Of a stretch of DNA of 64,000 bases, positions 1-12,900 are shown piece by piece. The translations under genes and the position numbers were made by a program. Where the stretch lies: NCBI GenBank assembly GCA_001938485.1, contig MQRK01222855.1, forward strand, positions 1 to 64,000. Direction: 5' to 3'. The number at the start of each line of letters is the position of its first letter. Within the stretch, counting starts at the first letter, position 1. Below the pieces are notes generated by a model. The model worked only from the letters and a program-made list of their open reading frames with translations, did not search any database and had not been told where the DNA came from. The DNA comes from Girardia tigrina (Eukaryota).

Positions 1-10
1 AACATGATGA

Positions 11-72
11 ATGCAATATGTTGACATTATGGATGCAATATGTTGACATTATGGATGCAATACGTTGGCATG
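11..72. repeat. 22-bp tandem repeat (ATGCAATATGTTGACATTATGG), ~3 copies
   Basis: Units at 11, 33 and 55 read directly; the third is diverged. Confidence 0.85.
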
Positions 73-215
73 ACGATATCTCCTTGGATACCATCATGTT
101 TTGAATTTTGATATGATAAAATAGTATAATATCATTTTATTATTTATATTATAATATAAATAATATAATATTTGTATACATAATGTGCATATGTTCGAAA
201 AAGCAATATGTATTC

Positions 216-510
216 ATTTTTTCAAAAATCTAGGTTCATATTCTGACTATTCATATATGAGTTACTATACATGTGTTCAGACAGATTTTCGATATTTTGC
301 TTGCTTCGCTATCTATACCCTATGGGCATTCTGCCTCACTGTGGGCTTTCTACCCCACTTTACACTATATTATATTAAAACATGATTTTTTCAAAAATCT
401 AGGATCATATTCTGACTATTCATATATGAGTTACTATACATGTGTTCAGACAGATTTTCGATATTTTGCTTGCTTCGCTATCTACACCCTATGGGCATTC
501 TGCCTCACTA
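216..510. repeat. ~170-bp-period local tandem duplication (second copy truncated)
   Basis: TTTTTTCAAAAATCTAGG...TGCCTCACT occurs at ~216-340 and again at ~385-509, nearly identical. Confidence 0.9.
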
Positions 511-853
511 TTTTCGAAAAAATCGATTTATCTTTATATTAATGAAGCATAGCCCCTACAGACTACCATTTATTCCTCAATTTGAACATATTTTAATAGG
601 AAAAAAAAATAATTCCGAAGATACAATAAAATGCCCTTCCAGGAATTTATAGATTCTCGTCCATAAAATTTTTATTCGCAATGCCTCAACAAGCTGCCGT
701 TCAAATGACAAAAGTGTTTCGATAATATGGGTGTGTATACCTCGAAGAATGACACAAATATTTATATTGGTAAATTATCAATAAATTTTGACTTAAGTTT
801 TACAAATTTTATAATTGAAGACCTAATACAATTGTAAATATAAATAAAATAGT

Positions 854-2126
854 TACCCTAAAATTCCGCTGATAAGTTGGGACTTACCTATTGAAAAAAA
901 GATTTTACAAAAGGTTTTTTTTACAAAATATATTCAGCATATGCACGGGGTCGGCTTATACGCAAAAAAACGTTTAGTATCTATTTTATATGTATTCAAA
1001 AATCCAGACATATTTAACATATAGATCATAAAAAATTAAAAAAATCATTTTAATGGAAATATATTTTTTCAAAGCAATCAAATTTTAAATCCGATTCGGT
1101 GGAAAATAATAAAATAATTGATCAAATTTGTCAGGCATTTCACTAATAGCTTCTTCATTAGAATCTCTTTTATTGTCCCAGGCATGCATCATAACAAATG
1201 ATTTATATTTCCCACACTCCCATAAGAAACATACAAAATAACTATAAAGTTAGATTTTCATTACTATTTGTTGTTTTTTGTAACAGAAGATCCCTTAAAT
1301 CAAACAATGAAACTAATGTGTATTCAAAGTGGCCGCAATTCCATCCTAATTGTTAATTTATAGATAATCGACACAATACATCGCATTTTTGACACAAATA
1401 CCGAAATAAACTACGACATAACACTTTTGACTTTAGAAGTCATAATCCATTTTTTTCTAGAGAGCTGCCAGCAAATTTTCATGCTTTAAGCGAAAAGCTT
1501 CTGAAATCTCTTTACAAGCGAATTGTTGAGCAGGATACAATGAAACATCAGTTGTACTCCAAGACGCAAGCACAATTAGCAAAAAGGAAACGACGAAATA
1601 CTTTTGCATAGCACTACTATGAGTATTGAATAACAAATTGGATAAGTATGAGGTCTGGAAGAGATGTTACAAGATCATCGGAGTCTACAAAACGCCATAA
1701 TCCAAACCAATCGAATGACTATTTTACGATGTAACACCGATTAAAAGAAGTTATTGTGGCTGCCTTTTCAACTTCAATTACAGACCTTCAATTACAAATG
1801 CAATTACAAATTCATCATCCGTTCAACTATGATTAATCCCGAGCATAATATCCCTGTCCAATCAGAACGACATGCACGGTGTGTTGACAATCCGTCCTAC
1901 ATCCGTGGAAGCGGAAACAGTCTTCTACTTATGCAATAAAATACGCTATACTTTTTTTGTATTATAACACTCTGCAAATGATCTTTGCTACCCTTAAATC
2001 TTTCGCCTAATTGATTGATGTGTCGCAAATAAAATTTATTTATGGCTGATTTTTGATTGTAAAAATAAAATTGTATTTCCTTTACAAATATTTATCATTA
2101 TTCAGTGTTGACGGAATTTTAGGGTA
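854..2126. mobile_element. Non-autonomous TIR DNA transposon (possibly Academ-type)
   Basis: Perfect 15-bp TIR TACCCTAAAATTCCG (854-868 / 2112-2126), flanked by the 4-bp direct repeat TAGT (850-853, 2127-2130). No recognisable ORF. Confidence 0.65.
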
Positions 2127-2304
2127 TAGTAATCTACTTACGAAATACTTCCATGGCAATTTTGGTTCACCTTAATAATTACTTTAACATTTATGCATTT
2201 TTAAAAGAAAGAAATAAACAAAACATCGAAAAACACTTGTGAATAAATAATAAGTTAAATGCTTGAATTTTCTAATCAAATATAATAGTAAAGAAAAAAC
2301 AAAC

Positions 2305-2613
2305 ATGATTTTCATCAGATTTCTCATCTTCCGTTTCGGAATAATTGTTCGTCATTGATAAATGAAAAACATCATTATGAAGCGATAAATTTTCATTACT
2401 TTGAGTATGTCTCAAAGAACTGGAAGAATCTGAATTGCTCGAACTGTACCAAAGAAGTGCCGGCGGATGATCAATTTCATTGTTTATTCCACAGACGAGG
2501 ATAAAAGAAGAAAGCGAATAAACGTGGGTCATAATCACAACAGCCTGCATTAACTGTGACATTGAAATATGAAAGTGACCAACTGGATTGTGTATTAATT
2601 GCTGTATATTTTT
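2305..2613 (-). CDS. SESN1: Sestrin exon 8 (KNIQQLIH...LMQAVVIMTHVYSLSSFILVCGINNEID...ENH)
   Basis: tttttag acceptor; open 309-nt frame matching sestrin [23 protein letters not shown]; gtttgt donor (3' boundary less certain). Confidence 0.85.
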
Positions 2614-5600
2614 CTAAAAAGATAAACCAATTAATAATTATAGAAAAGTAATTTCTAGAATCCATTTAAAAATCTAAATAGTTATAAAAAAATTATAAAA
2701 AAGACAAACAATGTACATCAAATCCTAATGTAGTCATTTTCAATGGATACCGTCATCCTTAAACAAAACCAACTATATCAGCATTTTTATGCACTAAAAG
2801 GATGTTCATGTTTTCATTATGAAATAACTAAATCATTACAATACTTTCAATAATGTTGAAGATAGTATTGTGTATGTTAGGAGTTTTGGTGAGTTCATAA
2901 AATTTTCGAATTTAAAATCTGATCAAATTAATAATTAAACAATTACATTTCGTAGAGTTATAGATATGATAAAATAAGATTTTCCCAATTTAATGTAAAA
3001 ATTTATTTAAGTAAAAAGAAGATAAATTTTACGGTAGGTTTCTTAAAATTTAATTTAGAGTTAATAAAGAGATTTATTATAAAGTAATAAAGTAAATTTT
3101 AATTTAGATGCGAATATAAAACTTAATGTTTAATTTTTAAAATATTTTATTGAAGTAAAATAAAAATGAATATAAAATTTAATATTTAATTTTTAAAATG
3201 ATAATAAACTAAAATATTATTTTGTAACTTATTATTTTATTTTTTTACATATTATTTATTACAAAATTTAAATATTAAACAAAATCATCTATGTTGACGA
3301 GATGGGTTTCAATCTTTAGACTCGCAAAAAAAAAAACGCTCGAAAAAGGGGGTTAGAATCAGTGATGCCAGCGGTCAATTTTTAAAATTTCCCGCTTTAC
3401 ATTATTTTCCCGCCTGTCACAATGTCACTATGTACGGAATGTTATACCTCCCAATGGAAATGAAATAATACCTCCAACGAATATGCCATCAAATAGAAAT
3501 GAAAACATGTTCACATAGATACAGAAAACATTATTAAAAATTTAAACTAAAGAATTAGGTAACCCTATCATCAAAAAATTTACGCTCAGGTGCAATTATG
3601 TTACATATAAAAAGGATAGATGTACAATAGTTCTTATAGTTGAGTTATCGCATGAATACCACTGCCTTGAAAATCGTTTCCAGCACTATTTTGTTTTCCT
3701 GTATTTGCTTATGTATCAGTTTTTTTATTTTCTTCAGTTTTTTAAACCCTTGTTGGCCAAGTAGAATTCTGTCTGCATAAAGAATTGAAAAAAAATGTTT
3801 TTTTTATTTACTAGTTTCTCTCTCTAGCCTCCTTTATTCTAGCCGCATCAAAGCCACTTTCTTTTTATATTATTCAATCATCCTTTCTTCTCGTTATTTT
3901 ACAGATTAATTTTCTTGTCAATCACCTCTTATGCTTGAAAAAGTTTTCGACGTTTTTACCATGTTCCATTTCCTCTTCAATCTAAAAGGATGCAATAATA
4001 ATATTTATTTTGCATACTACCTTAATTTTGTGTAAAGTCCTAACTTGTTCTATTAATTTTCGCTTGTGTTCAATTGTAGCCGCTTTTCGGCAGCTTTATG
4101 CTGTTCCTTTTTCATGCGCTCTTTACATGCCGCGTACCCGTTAAATCCTTTTGTTAAAAGTTCCTCGCCCACAGTAAACTTACAGCAGGTCTGTTTGATG
4201 GCCTCCAAAAATCCACTCACCGTGATACAAGTGTCAACGGTAATATCCGCCATTCTAAAGTTCTAACAATTGTTGGTAGACTTCAGAGTGATCAGCAGCC
4301 TGGAATGGGCGGTCATGATTCATGAAGTGGATGCAGCACCTCAATTTTACCTTAATTGTTGTAATTCCTTCAATATGCTTAGGTTTAGAGAAGTCAAGGG
4401 TGCTACTACTAATAAATTTTAGCAGAAGCGCATCTTACCTTTTCTCGTGGGTTTTCCCTTCTGCTTGTGAAGAAATGGCATATATTCCACTAATTTCCAG
4501 CCAAAATATTTTGCTGCATTTTGTACAATGAGCACTGTTTTGATCATCTAGTACTGAACTCAACCACGTTTTAAATGGTAATCCATTAGTACTAATCTTA
4601 TTTAATCAGTCTTGTTGAAAGGGGGTCCTTCTTGGTTTTCTCATTTACAATAGCCTAAAAATGAGAAATAGCATTTTCAAAAATCACGGTGTTCCAATTA
4701 ATATGAAATGCACTATAAAAACCTTCCAATCATAGTATCATTCCATATTGTTTTTGACTTATGTTTAAATCAATCAATTTTTCTTTTTAATTTATTCTGG
4801 GATTATCCTATTAATACGCTACATAAATCAGTGTTCCAATGCAGAGAAATTGCATTTGGCTTGAAGACGTATTCCATTGAAGAAATATTTCATTGTATTA
4901 GGATAATCAATGCTAAAAAGATTCTAGAAACAAAGAGACACGTTGGGTAATGTTTTGTGTAGCTCTCATAAAAACATCAATGTTAAGTTAAATAGTTCCA
5001 CGTGATATTATTAGAAGGATTTCAAGTTTATAAATGAGAGATGAACCAAACATAGAAGTATCGAGAAAAATATAAATATTCAATTGCACTGCAATAAAAC
5101 TGAAATAAAGATGAGATAACTGCATACTAATGTAATCCAAAATGTTTCTTTTAAATTCTACGTATAAAGAATTTTCAAATACTGTAAAAGGTTTACTAGG
5201 TGTCAAAAAGATGAATGGACTCAATTATCTATTAGACTTCAAAGTGAGTATACAGAATAAAAAAATAGATTATTACAAAAAATGTATAAAATAAAAATAA
5301 AACGCAAAAACATGTTTGGCAATACTGAGATTCTTTTACTCTTAAAGTCAATCTAACATAAATTACAAAAGGCACAATACACAATCGGTATATCAGAAAT
5401 TATATTATGTATTTATGAAGAAGAAAAGTGTATAGTACAAATCATAGTCACTTGTAAAAAGATTGTTAAATGATAAGTTTCTGTACGAATTTCTAAAAAG
5501 GAAAAACAATGCGGGGTTATAAATAGTATAAGTTAGCATTAAAATTATGAAATTCATTACTTTTTCCATTTCCTTAAGAAAAAAACATGACCAACAACTT

Positions 5601-8600
5601 ACACAATCATTTACACGATGGAAATAGTCCCGCTACAATTCAGTTTTCCCGCATTTCCCGCATGGTCTGGCATATTTGATTAGAATTTATTCTATTATTG
5701 CAACAAACAGAGGAAAAAATCATTCCTTAATTATTTCGGTAAAAGAACCCCAATATTTTACTGTTCTTAGCGGTTCAGTGAACAGAGAGACATATAATGG
5801 ATTTATCTCAGAGCTCAACCAGCGTTTACTTCCTACAAAACATTATCTAATCCATGATAATGCATCAATCCATAGTGGCATATCTGCTCTTAGACATATG
5901 GAAATTGTTCATTTACCGCCCAATTGAGTCGGTGTTCAGAAAAATGAAGAGCAGTATAAGATTGGGTCTACAAGACAGGGGGGGAATCACAGCAATGATC
6001 CGAAAAGACAGATTAGATTTTAATTGTATGTGAATCATGTCGAGGAAACAGCTCTCAAAGAGGAACTGGACATTTACTCAGAAGAACCAAGTATTGATCT
6101 TGAAGTGGATTTCATGGATTGGTGGAAATCCAGAGAGAGTCGTTATCCTCCATTGTCTCAAGTCTCGACTTATTTTAGCATACTTGCTTCTTCTGCAACA
6201 TCGGAGAGAGCGTTCTGTGAAGCTGGTTTTATAATAAATAAAAGACGTGTTCGTTTGTCACCAACTACCCTAAATGAAATGCTTTTTGCGGGGTCTTTTA
6301 TTGGCCTCCAAACATTTGCAGAAGATTGATAATTTGTTGTCCAATAAAGATAAATTTACATTCGGATTAATTCGGGTTGTTATAAAATACAGTAGGTTCG
6401 GATCGGGTCGGCATTGCAATAAAGTCGGGTTGGGTTTGGTTCGGGTTTGACTGATAAAAATTCGGGTTGGGTTGAGAGACTTCTAAGGATGATCGCCCAT
6501 CTCTAATCTAGACACGAATATTAAATTAGATAAATTATTCTGGTCCGATTTCATAAAATAATTTCTCATTTTACTTAAATACGATGCGGAAATCCTCGGA
6601 TAAAAATTTTGACAATCTATCTTCAAAATCGGTATAAATAAATGACGATCGCAAATTTTATAGTTTATTATGAGCCACATTAAAACTCATTGTTACATTG
6701 GTTAAAGTTTAGTAAAACATTTTAGAATAAATGTTAATTGGTATAACAATTATCTGGAATTGTAAAGTGTAATCCGAATAAATTGGATTGCAAATTAGCC
6801 AGATAGGATATTTGATTTTAAACATTTTCAAAGCTTTTATTTTATTTAAATTTCATCTAAGGCTAAAATTTTATGTGTATTGTTAGGAATTAAGAAATGT
6901 TATGAAAATTTTTGAAATAATGAAAAATTAAATATACAAATTAAAATGTAGATATATTTTTTTAATATGTAATGATTATAAAAGAATTTTTAAAAATAAT
7001 AAAATTGAACGAAACCATTAAATTAATTTAAAAAAATAAAATTGGATTAAAGGTAATTATTAGAGAATAATAAAAAAGATTTTTTTAATTAATAAAATTT
7101 CACGAAATAATTAAGTATTTGATAATGTTATCGTAATTTAAAATTGATAAAATTAAAAATAAAATATAATATTAATGTTACAAATATTTTTATTTATACT
7201 GGTTTAAAATTTATAAAACAAATTGTTTCTCAAAAAAATAATAAGTCTGTTAAAATATTAGTGTTAATCCTTTTTTTGTATTATAAAAAAATTTGGATAA
7301 CGGCAATAATTTTTAAAAAATAATTCCGAGGATGTTCCAAAAACATCCAACATACATCAGAGATCTTGTTTTTTAAACAAATATTTATGAAAACTCTATC
7401 GATAAATATAAGAGTAATGTGTTTTATATCTAAATAAACTCAAATTGTGTTAAAAAATAGTCAATATATGAAATAGATTGTTTTTTCTCGATTTGATTTA
7501 TTTGCATAACACTTGGAGAGTCTACAAGTTGCTTGCATCAATTTTATAAACTATAAAACGATTGCCGCTTGGAGCGCTCTGAGATTTATTGATCGATAAC
7601 GCCATCAATCGATATACTTCATGTTCAATGAGTCTCACTCTACATCCCTTGTAAACTTCCCCTTCATTAATTCATCAAAAGTATTTAACTTAAAATCAAT
7701 ATATCCGCTTTTATAAATAGTTAATTAATTAGTTGGTCATTAATAAAAAAAATTGATTAATTACCGGTTCTATGGCCCATGGTTGATGACAAAGGTATTG
7801 ATTTAAAACAGAGAGAGCTTTAAATCGACCCGGAGCTTTATTTATACCTTCAAGCCATTGAATGTCCCCTCCTGCAGCCACGAATTCCTTTCTAAATCTA
7901 TAAATCAATTCTTTGCAATGCATTTGTGCAGCAGCCTGAAGACAAATAATAAAAATGTTATTAATAAAATTTTGGCAAAACATTACCATTATTGCCAAGT
8001 AAAATCTGTCTACATAAGGCAAACTTCCGACCCCTTTAAATAAATGGTTATGCATTTTCAAATATTGCTCTAGGTAGACAGGATGAAATCCCATTACTAA
8101 GATGTAATTTTCGATTCGACCCCATTCTTCAAAATGTTCAAGAAGAAGCCGATATAAATTCTTAAAAAAATAATTTAACAGTACATTTATACAGAATTAT
8201 TTTGATGTTATCTTAGCAGAAACATTATCCAAACATTTTTACGGTGAAATGAATAGAAATAGTTACATTTTAATTTTCATCGGTAAACCATTTATTGAAA
8301 TCGATACATTATTTGTTGAAATATCAATGACGTATATTAATTATTAATTTTATACACAGTGCAGTCAATAAGTCCTTGGAGTCAATAAGAAAAATCGGTG
8401 TAGAACGGCGACTTTACTACATATTACAATGTGACAGAAATTCCTTTCTCAGCATATTAGCCCTGTTGCTCAACATATTTCAACCAACGACGTATGAAAT
8501 CATCAGATGCATTTTAAAATAGACTTTGAAACAATTGACCAAAAGTCTTCTTCGTTTCTCCTTTCTGGTTTTGTTACAGTCACGAATGACGATCCTTAAC

Positions 8601-9798
8601 ACTTTTCTGGATGGTGTAATTTTTATAATTTTTATAATGTTTAAAATTAAAAGTGAAAATAAATATTTTTAGTAAAACGATTTGTAAAATGGAAATTTAA
8701 ATCGGGTATAATTTTATAATTTCTATAATGTTTAAAATCAAAAGTAAAAATTTTACGAAATTAATTTTAGCAGTAAAATTTAGATTGAAAATGATTTTTA
8801 ATATCTAAAATCAAATTACGGATTAACAAAAATTGTAAATTTTTAATTTATTATACAAAATTATTTCTTATTAATTATTTATTAATTATTTCTTATTAAT
8901 TAATTTACAAAATTAATTTTAGCAGCAAAATTTACATTGAAAATGATTTTTAATATCTAAAATCAAATTAAAAATCTGAAATTTTTGTTAATCCGCAATC
9001 TGATTTTAGATAAAATAAAATCATTTTCAATGTAAATTTTACTGATAAAATTTTTAATTTTTTATACAAAACTTTCAAAATAAAATCAATGTTATATCAT
9101 TAATTATATTTATATTTATATTTAGAATTTTAAAAAAATTTGGTTTATGTAAATTGATAATAGTGTTACTCATAAATTTGTTTGTAAAATGTAATATGTG
9201 ATAGAAATAAAATTTAGTCATGGACCTTGATCTTAATCACGAACCCAATAATTACAATAGAATTGAGAGCAACGATATGGAAATGATAATATTCATAATA
9301 ATTCAGTAATTATTTCTTATTACTTACACATTAAATAATTTATTATACAAATGTTTTAAAAAACTACATTTTTTTCAATATTGTTTACATTGAAAACAAT
9401 TTTATTTTATTTTTAACTAATTTTTCATGAATTTCGGAAACTCGATATTTCTACAAATAATATATAAATTTATTCAGAATTTATTAAATTGATTTTCGAA
9501 ATAAAAGTCAAGTATACAAAATGCATTTGACTATTAGAAATGTCTGGATTTTAGTTTTCAGATAGCTTCACATAGAGAAATTTAGAGAAACAGAAACAGA
9601 CAGAATATGGAGGTCATCAAAAATAATTAATATTATGGTACATAAATGATATTGTATACTATACAAAATATTATCATTTGATAAACAAAAATAAAATAAT
9701 ATTATTTCAGTTAATATATAAATATTCTTACGTTTTCTGTTTGAGGTGGATCATCACATGTCAATATTGCACAATGTTCTAGCTAAATAAAAATAAAA

Positions 9799-9848
<50 letters not shown>

Positions 9849-9898
9849 NNNNNNNNNNNNNNNNNNNNNNNNNNNNNNNNNNNNNNNNNNNNNNNNNN

Positions 9899-9943
<45 letters not shown>

Positions 9944-12900
9944 TTTAATACTTTTACTTAAAAATAATAAATTTAATTTTATGTCGACTGAAATATTTTT
10001 TTACTTTGATAACAAAAACATACTGTTTTTGTCTCATATTAAATATGATGAAAAGTTTGAAAAAAAAATAAAAAAAATAGTTAAAATAACATTTTCCAAG
10101 TAATTTTCTCGGTCAAAGAGACGACAATCTTTGACCTTTCAGTTGTTATCATTTATTAATTGTTCGTAAAAACTTCTAATGAGATACGTTTTCTATTCAA
10201 ACCGAATTAAATGAATTTTTAAAACAAATTTTGCAATTTTTATTATCAATTTTCTTACTTTCATATTTTGAGATCAATTCGACTTATTAATGTGAAACTA
10301 TTTCCATCTTATTTTTTCCTACCACAAGAATACTTGAACATTTTATTTGCTTATCACTGTTAATTAATTTATAATTGGAAATCATAAAAATTCCATAAAT
10401 ATTATTTTTTTTGAGATTGATGAACCACTGAAGTTGATGAGATACTCCATTAACCTCTCTATTGTATCAATTCATAGTAAATATAATAACATATAGGTAG
10501 CATTCTCATTACCATAATCGTAATACACAGTTTCTATAGTTAATTTTATTCAATAATTCCTTTAAGTAGAAAAATAGTTAAATCTATTTCAAGTATTTTT
10601 ACAGTATTTTAACGGCCAAGGTCAGACTGAAAATTCGGGTTTCATTTATCAAAAACATTCAAACATCGATATTACTGGGTTTTTTGAAAGCCATTGTAGG
10701 TGTACAGTGTACACCCAAAATTTTAGCTATTTATAGGTAAAGCATGGATTCATTAAAAAATACACACACTGCTATTCTACCCACTCTACCACACGCTCCT
10801 ACACTAGGTCATTTTTAATTGTATACTTATTTAATAAGTACAAGACATTCTTTTGCTCTTAACTCTTTAAATCTAGTGTGCATGTGTGATGTAACAATTT
10901 TTGAGTAAAAATACATGTTACATTTTCTTATGTTACACCCTGCTGGAAACCTTAAAAAACCCTGGATTTTAACAAAATTTTTGCCATGAACATCTAATGA
11001 CCAACAAATGAACATATATATTTGTTATTTTCTTGTACAAACACTTGTAAATGTTCAACGATTTTTACTGAAGGTTAGATTAATGTGTTTTAAGAAAGTT
11101 CTAAAGAGGTTCTAAATTTCAACAAAACATAAATAATTAAATTTTACTTTTTACTGGATTTAAATTTATATGTGATCCTTGGACCTTTTGGATCAAATAA
11201 AGATTCAGTCTGACAAACTAGAACTATAAAGTAAATCATTTAAAGTAAAGAGACTTTCTTATGAGATTCCTAGTTCGAAAAGGTCAAGATTTTCCTTTAC
11301 AAAATTTCGGAATAAAAAAGTTTGGAGTGCGAGCAAGAAACATATTTTTTTTGAAAACAGTGATAACCCTAAATTAATTTGACATAATTTCTAATAAATG
11401 ATATAATCTATGTGGAATTAATGTATCTAAACTGATTATTTTATTGTTTTAAGAAAAATAGTGATAATTGATTGAATTTTTCTAAGAAAAACATGGAAAC
11501 TGTTTCCAACAAACAATTTTAAAATGATTCACATTATAATTACTATATGTTAATTTTATTTAGGAAGGTAAGCTCGATCAACTTAAACACCCATCAAAAG
11601 TAGTTTGAAATTGATATAATATTTGAAATTCATAGATCTTAGAGATGCTCTTGTAACATGTACTTTCGGTTTTTGCAATGTACCCTGAAATCTCGTTATA
11701 AAACTCTACTAGTTACTAAGCCCGAGGCTTAGTAAATAATTTCGGTCATCATAATTTCTCTAATTTCTTTACTAAGCCGCTACCTGAATTTTTATCTAAA
11801 ATCTTTATCGCAGTGGTAATTTGATGGCTATGATTCCAGGAGGTATAACTAAAAAACTACAAGTCTTAGATATCAGTGTCAATAAATCATTCAAATCACG
11901 TCTTCGAAGCAGGTGGGAAAATTGGCTCATAAACGGTTACAAAAATTATACAAAATCTGGAAATTTAAAGCGTTTATCATACGAAGAAATTACAAAATGG
12001 ATTTCAGAAGCATGGAATGAAGTTCCAGTCTCAACTATTACAAGTGGTTTCAAAAAGACAACAATCAAATTCTACGGTGATGATGAAGAAGAAATTGATC
12101 AAGTATCCGAAGAAGACCCAGATGATAACGATGATAACATGGAAACTAATGATGAAGAAATTCGTGATCAACTCATTGACATTTTAACAGATGAGAGAAA
12201 CTTTGGAAGTGATGAAAAAGATGATGATAAAGATCAGATTTAAGTTTTTATATTAAAATAAAAAAAAATTTTAATTAATTTTTCTAATTTCTTTACTAAG
12301 CCTCTACTTGATACTAAGCCTCTATTTTTTACTATGCCTCTACCAAGCTGAAAGAAAACTTTTTTCTCTACTAAGCCTAAGGCTTATAACGAGATTTTCA
12401 GGGTAGTTCGATTTATAGAAAACACGACATGGTTTGTAAAGTGTATAAAGAAATACCTCGGTTAAGGTGATCCTCGAGAAGGGGTTTAATGACTTTAATT
12501 GTACAACATACTTATACGGATACATAGTTAGTTCATTAATTTATTTTTCAGAAAATAATGATGCTTATTTGTTTATCTGATCTAATAACTTATGAATTTA
12601 TGTTATTTTCATATGAGAAGATACAAGTGTGAGGAATATCTAGCGTGTTGATGTTTTTGTGTAGTGGTTGCATGCTTAAATGTTGTGTGTTGATTTGGGA
12701 TTGTGTCTCTCCTATTCAGATGGATGATTAATATTTAATTATTATAATCTGAAACTAATTTATTCGAATTTATTCAAACCCCTTACCGCATAGTGATCTA
12801 AATAGATGATCTAAAATAATTTTTAATAATTATATTACCCTGACTGCATGACTTGTCATCGGTGGACCACACTGTTTGTTTGGAGATTCTACATGAAAAA

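Noticed and set aside
2142-2271. Next sestrin exon(s) after 2305
   Set aside because: Plausible splice sites exist (2271; 2170-2142) but show no recognisable sestrin homology, so they are not called.
12839-12888. Apparent extra 50-nt sestrin exon with a 28-nt intron
   Set aside because: It has a stop in the phase-0 frame required by exon 3, and skipping it gives the better sestrin alignment.
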